Assembly (NCBI GenBank): GCA_010909165.1
Contig: MU008177.1
Span: forward strand, 124,001 to 188,000
Source of the DNA: Anthoceros angustus
Taxonomy: Eukaryota > Plantae > Anthocerotophyta
Reading direction: 5' to 3'
DNA length: 64,000 nt
Shown here piece after piece: positions 11,945 to 23,409 of the stretch (position 1 is the stretch's first letter; the number at the start of each line of letters is the position of its first letter). Both the position numbers and the translations under genes were made by a program. The notes under the pieces were generated by a model. That model was not told the DNA's origin and searched no databases. It saw nothing but the letters and a program-made list of their open reading frames with translations.

Positions 11945-13469
11945 AGCGCCTCGGCCTCGGGACGAGGCTGCTTGGGCTTTGTTCTTGTTTCTCCCTCGGC
12001 ACAGCCTCCATTGCTCTCTTATGGCAGATTTTCCGGGCATCGCGAGCGTCTCATCTTTGCCGATTCTAGGCGGGGAATTGGGAAGTTTTGTAGGCTAAAC
12101 TCTGCGAAGGTGGATCGTGTTCGTCCAAAACCCGCAAAGGCTCGTCTCAAACGGTGCCTCCTACGGGGTCGCACTGGGGAGTATGCTAGGGCTACTTGGG
12201 GTCTTCGCCCGGAGTCGGTAGCAAATGCTTCCGAGAAAACCATCGCCGCTCTTCGCACCCGGGCTCTGGGACCCCATTTCGCAGGGCATTCGAGACTTCG
12301 TCCCTTAAGAGCTCTTTTGTCTCGATAGGATGGCCTTCGGCCGGGCCCTTACCATAGCCCCACGCCTTTCTTTGAGTGCCTATCTGGAACAGTCTATGAC
12401 CACTCCGAGACCATTTTATTGCAGAGGACCCTTTAGCAGCTTTTCTGAGCTATTTCTTTTAGTAGCTGCTGTGGTGAGGGAGGAGATAGTCTCCTCTTCA
12501 GATTTCTCAAGTTTAAGGTGCGAGCAGGTTGCTGGCTATGGAGAGGCCCACCCCTGGAGTGCGCCCTATCGCTGTTGGGAGGCGTTCTTGCGACTTATTG
12601 ACCTTAGCATAGCCATCCAGCTCCGAGAGGAGTTCCAGGCCCATCTCAGTCCCGACCAATTTGGAATTGTTACTCCGGGGGGTTGCGAGTCTGTGGCATT
12701 TGGGGTGGAGGCCATTCTTGAGACCTATCCGGATTGGGTCGCTCTTCATGTTGACGTCGAGAATGCCTTCAACACTTTCTCTACGGCGGCTATCTTTGAC
12801 GAGCTCAAGGTGTGGGAGGACCGGTGGCTGGCTTTATCCCCTTTGCCCGCTCCTTTTATGGGTCTCCCTCCAACTCCTACTACCAACATAGGCCCCCGGT
12901 GGAGGGGGTTTCTATGTTAGAATCGCGACGGGCACAACGCAGGGTGACCGTTTAGGGGATGCGCTTTTTGCTATGGCGCACTTCAGGGCCCTGTTTTTAA
13001 CTACCTCCTCAGTGTGGGAATGCCTGTATCTGTCAGTGGTTGACGATACCCATATCCTGAGGCCTGGGGACAAGATTAAAAAGGCTTTGGTTTCTTCTTC
13101 TCGGCGCTCTCTCAACTTGGCTTGAAGGTCAAGATCTTAAAGTGCAAGGTCTAGTCTCCGTCGGGTGTTTCGCCCTCTCTTCAAAGCCGGAGGGAGACAT
13201 TGCTTTTCCGCAGGGGCTTCGTGTTCTTGGCGTCCCAGTGGGACCTCCGGCTTTCGTTCAGGAATTTGTGGGTGCGGCTTTGATGGAGAATTTGGCGCAC
13301 ATTGATGACCTTTCTTTTTCTGCTTCACGCGCCGGTCTAGGTTCCTTTTCCGTACGATACCTCCCTCTTCGACTTTCTTGTCCCGCCTGGGAGCTTCTGA
13401 CAAAAGGATAATAGAGGCTTTGGGTGATATCATCGGCCTGGGCACCTTCGAGTGTACCGCCGAGGATTT
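11945..13469 (+). mobile_element. Degenerate non-LTR retrotransposon fragment (reverse transcriptase, CRE-clade-like)
   Basis: Frameshifted RT motifs across frames: LSPDQFGIVTPGGCESVAFGV...VALHVDVENAFNT, GTTQGDRLGDALFAMA, (Y)LSVVDDTHIL, LRVLGVPVG..AFVQ. Confidence 0.8.
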
Positions 13470-13955
13470 CACTACAAGAATCGCAGGTATTTTACAATGC
13501 ATTTTACAACGTAATTTACAACCTCACGTTGTAAAAATGGACATTTATATGTTTGTAGACTGGCAGCTTAGCTAGGTTGTAAAATTGCTGACGTGACAGG
13601 GAAGATTGCCACGTCATCAAGTTGCTCATGTGGCGGCTAGCAAACCGGGCGGGTAAGGTATCTGGGTAGCCGGTTTACAATGCCATTTACAATGTTGGGC
13701 TCGTTTACAACTTAAGTGACAATGCTATTTACAGCGTGGCTGCCTTGTAATCTAGGTTGTAAAGTAGGTTGTCGGTACGAGGTTGTAGTCTGACAACTTA
13801 ACTAGGTTGTAAAGGTGGGTCTATTTACAACTTATTTTACAATATATATGACAACCTCATTTACAATCTTCGTACACCCTTACTTTATGACCTAGAGTAC
13901 AACTTTAGTGACAACGCCGTTTACAACGTTGTTTACAACCTCGTTTACAAGGTTA
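13470..13955. mobile_element. Truncated CACTA (En/Spm) left end with subterminal TTTACAA repeats
   Basis: Begins CACTACAAGAA (13470-13480), followed by more than 15 copies of TTTACAA/TTGTAAA in both orientations. No matching right TIR found. Confidence 0.6.
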
Positions 13956-15132
13956 TGCTGCTAGATTCTCCTTCCTGGAATTGAGGAACTAATCATCAGA
14001 ACTTGTAGCCCCTTGGTGAGATGCTGAAAGCAGGGATTGGAGAGGAGTCAACTCCCGAGGGACCCATCCACGATGACGAAATAGATCCCTCAAAATGTCC
14101 AACCCAAGTTCTTCAACAAATTGTGCCCAACAAGGAGCAGAGCTCAATCCAAAAATTGACAACCTTTGACGAACTCCTAGGCAAATTTCTTGAGATTGCT
14201 TGCTCTCTGGCACCTTTCAAGGTGCCTATGGGATCTCTTTCCTCTTGCCATGATTGCTAGTGAGGAGATGGAAGAATTGCATCTTGCACGAGAACGAAGC
14301 GAGCAAAAGGCGTAGGATTGCGACGTGGAGGAGAGGCCGTGTGCCTCTCCTCCAGCAACTTAAATCCATTTAAAAGCGTGACATCTTTTGATATCAGTAT
14401 TCTATTTCAAATACCAAACGTGCCAACAAGGAAGAGTGGTAGATGTCCCATTTGAGATAAGAACTGTGCATAGTAGATATCCCATTTGAGATAAGAACTG
14501 TGTAATTAAGCACCCTAGGCTCGGATTAAGATTGGGATAGTGACCTTATGAAGAGTTCAATTTTTTTTTTTTTTGGTGAGGGTCTAGAACCTATTATTCT
14601 AACTATAAGAGTGCATAGACTAGGTTTTCTATTCTGGTCTATACCCCCTAGCGATGGTATTTGATAACAATAAAAGCCTATCATACACACTACAAGCAGT
14701 GACAATCTCTTCATCAGATGTGAGGAGAGAAAATGCCACGTTGAGCCCCATGGATCTACATGATATGTAGATCCATACCAAGTTAGAATTGCATACGCGG
14801 AAGCGATTGCATTGAAGATGCTTTCTTAGCAATTTATTAAGGTGGTTACAAGGTAGGCCTTAAGTAGCGGTTTATGAAGGGGTGTGTTCTTTCAACTATC
14901 CTGCTAGTTGACTACCTATGGTTTAAAGCTAGGTGTAGTTAGACTAACCAACGTGATACATAACTACATGGTCTACCTTATTTCTAACTGACCTCTATGA
15001 AAGGGCTATGGGACGAAAGGCACTGAGGAGACCTAAGACGCATATGCCCGCCCTGTTGACTCCCTTGTTGGTAAGGCTGTACTTCAGTACCTTCAGGATC
15101 ATGCTAGACGTAGTCCGGGCCACGGTTTTTGC

Positions 15133-16991
15133 TTGGGGGTCGCCACGGGAAACCAACCCAAGGAGCCTCGAGGCGTTGGAGATAGAGAGCTCCCCGGTAC
15201 CAGAGGAAGAACAGGCTCAGAGGACGCCCTTGCCTCGAAGGGAACCGCCACGGAGTGCGCCTACATGGCATGTACGGTGCTCACGAGGGCCCTACGCCTG
15301 CGCTGTAGTAGTACCTTGAGGTCCCCCAAAGGTGCCGGGTCCCATTGTCAAACCGCCACGACTCACGACTACGATGACGCTCACGACCACGGCGGCTACG
15401 GAGATTCTGCTCCAATGGGACCTACTACAAGAGGAGATACTCCAAGGACGCAGGATGGGAACGGCCCTAACGATGAGATCCCCAACCGTTTGCCCCCTCC
15501 CTCGCCGACGAAGAGAGGCAAGCGCGCGAGCTCGAGGATGCTGTCCCCATCCAGGAAGCACCAAAAGGCGAGGAAGCCGTCGCCCCATGAGGACCTAGAC
15601 TTCCAGGACTTGGTTGGAGCTCCGAGCTCCGTTTGGTGGCAAGGAGGCAGGTAACTTGCCCTAGAGCAAGGACAGAAGAGACACAAGCCCCCACCCACCA
15701 TCACTCACGAAGGGGATTCCTTGGACAAGGCGTAGTGGAAGGTGCTCCAAACCCAGGCCAACTTTGAGGCACACTTGAAATGGGCCTTTGGCGCAGCCTT
15801 CGACAAGACGTGAGAGCTGGAGGCCATGCACCTACGAATAAAGGAACAGCTGGACAATCTGTGCCAATGCAATGAGCAGATTGAGGTGCTCGTAGAAAAG
15901 GGTCGTAGTCTGAAGGCAGCCGTGGAGGCCAAGGATGGGGAGCTGACTCCACATAGGGGAGAGTTGGCGGAGCTACGAGCGGACCCCAGGCCCTCGGAGG
16001 AGGAGGGGCGTCTGCGCCAAGAGCTGAAGATGGTGGAAGGGTGACTGACCAAAATGCGTCAAGTCAGGGACGAGGTCTACGCCGCCAAGGAGATGCAGGC
16101 TAGGGCGGAGAGAACACATGCATACAGGTAGCTCTGGAGGCATAGAGGAAGGAGTCCGTTTGGCTGCGTAGTGAGTGGGACGCAGCCAACAAGCACACAG
16201 TAGATCCAAGCAAGAAGGAGGAGGAGAGCGCAAGCGAACTAGCGGCGCTGCAGAGGGACAACGTACGTGCCGATGGAGATGGAAGAGGAGAGATCGATGG
16301 AGAGATCGACCGGCTCACGCGGGATTTGGCACAATTGCAGGAGACAAGGCGCCAAGAGAGGAGGAAGAACCGAGCATGAGCCCTCCGGCTGTTGGGACTG
16401 GCGGAGATAGCAACGGGGGAAGCCCGCCTCGAACTGAACAAGGCCAGGGTGGAGGCGGAAGCGTGGAAGGAAAGAGCCCATCCGACCACAGAGTGGAGGC
16501 ACCAGTACCAGGAGCTGGTGCGCAAGGTGGATAAAGCTCTGGAACTTGTCAACGAGGACCTCATCTACTACAGGACCCAAATAGAGAAAACTATTCGAGT
16601 CACTTTCGAGGAGTTGACGGAGGAAGGTTCCGGAGATGGTGAACCGGGAGGGAGAGGTGTTGGCTGCGGTTACGACGATGGCGATGACGATGAAGGCGGG
16701 GGAAACCCTGCCACGCACCGTCGTAGTCCGCACAGGGCAAGACCGGGGGCTACAGGAGAAGGGCCATCAGGTCGAGACAGCGGAGACAAGGGGCCGACGG
16801 GGAGGGGGGAAACGTCGGCAGCCACAGTGCCTCAGACAAATGAAGGAGCTGGGATGCTTCCGGAGGTGTCCAAGGGCATCGCCGAGTTCGCAGTACCATC
16901 ATCGGTGGGGTTGCAGGTACCCCGAAGGATACCTGAAGAGGAGCCACCACAAAGAGATGATGGAAGCCTCAAAAGCTTAAAGACTTATTGA
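15133..16991 (+). pseudogene. Fragmented coiled-coil-rich ORF(s), probably TE-derived
   Basis: Successive frames give E/K/R/L-rich heptad-like segments (LRIKEQLDNL..., ARLELNKARVEAEAWKE...YQELVRKVDKALELV) broken by stops and frameshifts. No intron structure and no recognisable domain. Confidence 0.3.
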
Positions 16992-17478
16992 ATAATATGG
17001 AGCTAAGGCAACACACATATAACACTAAATGAACTCTTGATAACTAAGATCCAAGGGGCTATGGGCTATGGGTCAAGCAATATTGAGGCTATAAGATATG
17101 GGTTAAGCAGGGATGATGAGGCCTCAAAATGAGAGAGCATTAAGAGAGAGGCTTCGTAGCGAGTTGCGTGCTGAACCTTGGGCAACATGGGCTAATTCTC
17201 CACACAAACAAGCATCGCATGATTTCCAGAGCATGTGGCACCCACCACCTATCCATCCTACATGCCTGCTTCTCCCATGCCCTAGTGAGATCGGTCCATT
17301 GTACCATCCGATTCCACCCTTACAAGTGTCGTGTGTCCAGGTCGGAGTGCAACCAAAAGTGTAATCGGAGGATGGTTACCGGTTGAATATTAATGAACAA
17401 GTTGGAGAGTGTACAACTCGACTTACATGCTCCACTGCTTGGCAAGGCCCAGATGGATAGTACACCATAAGGCACTCA

Positions 17479-17652
17479 ATTGATGGTCTAGGTTTTTAGT
17501 GTGTTGGAAAGGCATTTTCTTTTCTTTTCAGAAAAAATAAAAAATAAAAATATAATAGATAAAGTATTTTATTTTATTTTTATTCCGAAAACAATAGTAT
17601 ACACAATCCAAGAAAAGACCTTGCCGATGCACCAAAAATCTAGACCATCCAA
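17479..17652. mobile_element. Small foldback/MITE-like element
   Basis: ~33-bp imperfect inverted repeats (TTGATGGTCTAGGTTTTTAGTG... / ...CACCAAAAATCTAGACCATCCAA) around an AT-rich core; no TSD resolved. Confidence 0.45.
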
Positions 17653-17693
17653 TCAGCATGCAAGTAGTAATTAATATGGCATTCGTTTCTTAA

Positions 17694-17859
17694 GGTTGAA
17701 GGGTTTCTACAAGATTCTTTCATGTTTCGACCAAGATATAATGTTCAAATTTTCACCTGTTTTTCTAATGTGGAGGGGTTGAAGGATTTCTACAAGATTC
17801 TTTCACGTTTCGACCAAGATATAATGGTTCAAATTTTTACCTGTTTTCCTAATGTAGAG
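17694..17859. repeat. Two ~83-bp direct repeats
   Basis: GGTTGAAGG.TTTCTACAAGATTCTTTC..GTTTCGACCAAGATATAATG... repeated at 17694 and 17777. Confidence 0.85.
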
Positions 17860-17956
17860 CGCAGAATTCTCCACAATATGCAACCTTAACATGATTTTAT
17901 ATCATTCATTTTTTGTCCGGGAAGAAACAAAAAGGAGGGGCAAAGTTCTAGGGTTA

Positions 17957-18540
17957 AGATGGGAACGAGGATAAGAACAACCAATTAAGCTTTTCAAAGC
18001 CCCTTCATCGTTTCAATTGAAATGTGATGGCCAAGGTGTGGAGAACATAAATAAAACAAGATAGGAACGAGGATACGACCAAGCACTTAATCTTTTCGAA
18101 GGCCCTTCATCATTTCAACCTGATGGCCGAAGTGTGGATAAGGGCTGGTAGTTTTACATTTCACCGCTTCTTTCAGAGGGAATATTGTCATGGAATTGGA
18201 TCTGTGAACACATCAAGGTAAGGAGATTAATCTTATATCTTACATCCGTATATTTTACAGTCCCCAATTGTAGCACGCTCCTTTAATCTCTTCTCATTCT
18301 TCACATCTAACGAAGAAACATCTGACTCCTCTGCACTTGCGAATCACCTCGGGCTGCCAAAACCTCAAACATGGGTTGGAAACAAGGATGCTAAGGTGGT
18401 AACGAAATTACTCTTATACTTACATTATATTATACAGTCCGCAATTGTGGCAAATTCCTGAACCTAACTCCTATGGGCTTGCGAGTCACCTCGGGCAGCC
18501 GAACCCCCGAATATGAGTTGCGAACAAGGATGCAAAGGGT
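17957..18540. repeat. Diverged local duplications downstream of CYCLOPS
   Basis: GGAACGAGGATA...CCCTTCATC.TTTCAA occurs twice (~17960, ~18063); TACAGTCC.CAATTGT...TCACCTCGGGC...AACAAGGATGC occurs twice (~18250-18390, ~18430-18535). Confidence 0.6.
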
Positions 18541-18709
18541 AAAGCAGATGAAGCTCCCTGGTCAACCCATGATGACATCACGGTCTTCATCCCAGACATA
18601 AAGCTGTCTCTGCTCAAGAATCAGTCAGAAATCTATATCGTCTCGACATGGTTAACAGACTACGGGTATAACAACAAGTCACCAACTTGACAGAAGAGGA
18701 GAGCCGATG

Positions 18710-21700
18710 TCATGGGGTACAAGAATCTCGACTAGATGTTGCACGGTCAAGCTCCTCCTGTAACTGCTTCTTGTCATCCAGCAATTCCTTATTCTGCTTC
18801 TCGAGCTCTTCAATCTGTTTCGTCTGATCGGAATCCTTCCTGTCCAGATACACGAGATCAGAGCTAAATGCCAGTTCCCCTCTAGTTACAAATTAGTGAC
18901 AAGATGATGAGTTGACAAACCTATTCATGAAGGCAAGATTGAGCTTCAGAGACCGAACTTCCTTCTCCAGAGCTTCAGCACGTTTGATGACTACTTGCAC
19001 GTCAGCAGGAATGTAGCACCTTCCCTTTGCCTCCGCCATCCTGCCCCCACCAAAACGACTCCCTTAGACACACCCTCATCACTGTTCATTGTCACAGCAG
19101 TGCACAAGAGAGCAAAACTTACTTCCGCTGACGTTCCACTCGCCTTTTCTTGGTTGCATCATCTATCTGATCTGTTTGGAGGCCTACAAGACAGATGCAG
19201 GATTGTCAGTTTTGACGAATGACTCAGAACAATAGCAGGTCTTTGGCATCAAGACTTCGTCTTCAAAGAAGTTGCACCTGACCGACCAGATGATGTTATT
19301 GAACCCGCCCGTTGCAGTGAAGGATGGTCTGGCTTCTGTTCATTCACCAAGGATAGTGATGAGAGGTCATAATCAAAAGAAAAAAACAAGCTGATATGAT
19401 TCAAGCTGGCGGATCACCTTGGGTTTCAGATCGTGGTTCCTTCGACTTTCATTTGGGACGCCTTGACTTGTATCTGCGGCATGAACATGCAACTGTTAGA
19501 GCCTCTAACACTTACCCCGAAGATCAACTAGCAGTCAATATAGAACAGGGGTCATGAGTTGCTTACTATGGACAGATATTGGACTAAGATGGTTCCCATT
19601 GGATTGGGCATGTGCCTGCCGCTTGGCAGGCTGGTCAACAGAGCCAACTGCCATTCGCTTTAAGGACTGATTCTGTCCACCAGCTTGGGTGTTTGCTTGA
19701 TTGAGTGTGGAGACAGTCTGGCCCGAGTTACAAGGCCCATCTGCACTAACAGCAGTTCCACACCCTGAAGATCCACTTGGTGATGGACCGTGTTGGTTGG
19801 GTGATGGTATTGGAATGCCATTCTGGTGCAGACCAGGTTGAAATATCAGCAAAGAAATCAACTTGCACAAAGCCTGATAACAATCACTAGGTCAGCCAGA
19901 TCAACCAAAAGACAGCTCCATACCAGTCCATTTGCTGTTGGCCCTTCACCATACGACCTGTTAGGAGAGTTAACTAGCTGGATCCCAATTTCATTTCCTA
20001 CGTTCCCACCATTCGTCTGACGACCATCACTTGCAGTGGTGTTCCTTGGTCTTTGCAGCTGCCTGTTGAATGAGTTGGGATCTTCAGGTTTCATTTCCTC
20101 ACCTTCACCACTGCCATTGTTCTGGAGACTGGCATTTCCAGAAACACTACAGGAGATAGCGGCAGATGAAATGCTGCTAGGATCACCATGGTTAATTCCA
20201 GGCACAGGAGCTGGCTTCGCTTCCAAGGTGTTCATACTTCCATTCAAAACAACATCTCGCATGTTAGACTGCTGTTTCTTCTTCTCGATGCTCCCCTTAA
20301 GCAGCCCGACCACTGCAGATATCTGGCTCTCTCCTGCATTACTCATAAACTGACCAAGCCCAGGACCATTGAAACTACTGCTGGTGGTCAGTGACGCAGA
20401 AACTGGTGAGCTCATGTTGAGGGTCTGATAGTACAGAGGTGACTGGGCCGAAGTCTCCATGGAAGGAAGCATCTGCTGACTGGGGGTCAGAGAGGTGGCG
20501 GGATGCAGAGATGAGATGCCAGTCTCCTGATGTTGTGGCTGGGCGAGCTGGCGGTGAAGCTGGGACGTATCATACTGCCCCGGCTGCTGCTGAAACTGCT
20601 GAAGATGCGGTTGAGGTTGACGGTTTTGGGTTGGGGGTGGTCGGCTTGGGTTGTGATTCAATCCTTCGGGTGGGTGGTTATGACCAAGGTGGGCATGGTG
20701 GTGAGTTGGAGGCGCCGGCGGTTTGCCATGGAATGAGGTGCTACGGTTATTCCATACCGTGCCCACGGTTCCATGTTGCTGATTAAGCTGGTCAGTAGTC
20801 GCATGGCTAGCAAGTCGTTGCAGAGATTCTGCAGTAGGTGGAAAAGGCAGTCCTTGCATTTCGGCTAATTTCCTGTCGCAAAAAGAGGAAACAGCACAAG
20901 TAATGAGCACTTCTACTTCCAGTTCGCACAACATAAACCAGGAGAGAGAGAGCAACAGCTTGCCTGAGTTCAGAAGATCTGCTGCGAGTCATGATTGGGG
21001 ACGGTTGCTGAAACCATGGGACGTTCTGAGACGGGCAAACATGAACAACTCCACAATCAATCAAAGAATCACCTTTAAATAATAGAAACCACACAAGACT
21101 ATCCTCATCGACTCCTCACTTTTAGCTCATTCAAACGATCGGCGAGGTCTGAACCACACACATTACCTTCAGAGCTGCTACATTTGTTGGTGGCTTGCCT
21201 CCACTTCCGTTCCTGAATGCCCCAAGCAGAATCCCTGCATTAGTCTGAACCGAAGCCTCAACACCATTCAGTTGATAGCAGGTGAAGGGGCCGGAGATGT
21301 AGCCACCTGGTAGATGTCTTTTGCTGATACATATTATCCCCGAACACAGTTTCGTCACTGTAAACGGGTTGGTTGAAGACAGCATACTCGCTACTCTCAA
21401 TCCTAGGCATCACATGTCCGTTTTGCTGGGCTAGCAAGGCTGCCAACTCACTTGACATTCTGTCAAATCAGCACTTGTATCAGGAATTCACATTACCTTG
21501 CAATTACTAATGCAGTTTGAGGATGAATACCTGCGGGAGGTCATCCGAGAGCTATCTGGAGCAGGAGACTGATGCACGCTCTGTTCATGGAACATCCGTG
21601 CACGGTTTACTACACGACAAAATTAAGCCCAGTGAGCAGCGATGCGACATCGATAAGACCCAACGCCATACCTGGTCCAGGGAGGTGTTGCGCAGTTCTG

Positions 21701-23409
21701 CAGTCCTGCATTACTCATAAACTGACCAAGCCCAGGACCATTGAAACTACTGCTGGTGGTCAGTGACGCAGAAACTGGTGAGCTCATGTTGAGGGTCTGA
21801 TAGTACAGAGGTGACTGGGCCGAAGTCTCCATGGAAGGAAGCATCTGCTGACTGGGGTGGGAGAGGTGGCGGGATGCAGAGATGAGATGCCAGTCTCCTG
21901 ATGTTGTGGCTGGGCGAGCTGGCGGTGAAGCTGGGACGTATCATACTGCCCCGGCTGCTGAAACTGCTGAAGATGCGGTTGAGGTTGACGGTTTTGGGTT
22001 GGGGTGGTCGGCTTGGGTTGTGATTCAATCCTTCGGGTGGGTGGTTATGACCAAGGTGGGCATGGTGGTGAGTTGGAGGCGCCGGCGGTTTGCCATGGAA
22101 TGAGGTGCTACGGTTATTCCATACCGTGCCCACGGTTCCATGTTGCTGATTAAGCTGGTCAGTAGTCGCATGGCTAGCAAGTCGTTGCAGAGATTCTGCA
22201 GTAGGTGGAAAAGGCAGTCCTTGCATTTCGGCTAATTTCCTGTCGCAAAAAGAGGAAACAGCACAAGTAATGAGCACTTCTACTTCCAGTTCGCACAACA
22301 TAAACCAGGAGAGAGAGAGCAACAGCTTGCCTGAGTTCAGAAGATCTGCTGCGAGTCATGATTGGGGACGGTTGCTGAAACCATGGGACGTTCTGAGACG
22401 GGCAAACATGAACAACTCCACAATCAATCAAAGAATCACCTTTAAATAATAGAAACCACACAAGACTATCCTCATCGACTCCTCACTTTTAGCTCATTCA
22501 AACGATCGGCGAGGTCTGAACCACACACATTACCTTCAGAGCTGCTACATTTGTTGGTGGCTTGCCTCCACTTCCGTTCCTGAACAAGCCCCAAGCAGAA
22601 TCCCTGCATTAGTCTGAACCGAAGCCTCAACACCATTCAGTTGATAGCAGGTGAAGGGGCCGGAGATGTAGCCACCTGGTAGATGTCTTTTGCTGATACA
22701 TATTATCCCCGAACACAGTTTCGTCACTGTAAACGGGTTGGTTGAAGACAGCATACTCGCTACTCTCAATCCTAGGCATCACATGTCCGTTTTGCTGGGC
22801 TAGCAAGGCTGCCAACTCACTTGACATTCTGTCAAATCAGCACTTGTATCAGGAATTCACATTACCTTGCAATTACTAATGCAGCACATGTCTGAGGATG
22901 AATACCTGCGGGAGGTCATCCGAGAGCTATCTGGAGCAGGAGACTGATGCACGCTCTGTTCATGGAACATCCGTGCACGAAGAGAATTTACTACACGACA
23001 AAATTAAGCCCAGTGAGCAGCGATGCGACATCGATAAGACCCAACGCCATACCTGGTCCAGGGAGGTGTTGGCAAGCATGTTCTGAAACAAGTCATCGCT
23101 GCTTATTCGATTCAGCGCAGGGGAGCCCATGAACCCTTCAATACTCGGGGTGGACGGGACCACCATGGTCCCATCCATCAAGTTCTGCAGGAAAATCTCT
23201 TCACTCGTTCCCCTGAAATACCCAGAGGAGTCCTGCGAGGGACCTGCCTCCCCTCTGCAGGACTGCATCTCCACGTGATGTTGGTACCCGTTGGACCCAT
23301 TCTCCACCAAAGAGTCACCGTGATTGAACGAGGATTGAGCTTGGGCAGCTCGCTTGATCTCATTAGAAATGCTCCTCGTTATCCTCCGGTTCTCAAACAG
23401 AAAATCCAT
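18710..23409 (-). CDS. CYCLOPS: CYCLOPS/IPD3, CCaMK-activated transcription factor of the common symbiosis signalling pathway (contains an internal duplication)
   Basis: Diagnostic motifs after splicing: TSEEIFLQNLM..PSIE..RISSDDLF; SRRMSSELA; WFQQPSPIMTRSRSSELRKLAEMQ; C-terminus DATKKRRVERQRKMAEAK...IPADVQVVIKRAEALEKEVRSLKLNLAFMNRKDSDQTKQIEELEKQNKELLDDKKQLQEELDR; stop TGA at 18712-18710. Confidence 0.93.
20332..23071. repeat. Near-identical ~1.36 kb tandem duplication inside CYCLOPS (20332-21690 and 21704-23071)
   Basis: The two copies can be read side by side and differ only by a few small indels and substitutions; 13-bp linker at 21691-21703. Confidence 0.95.
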
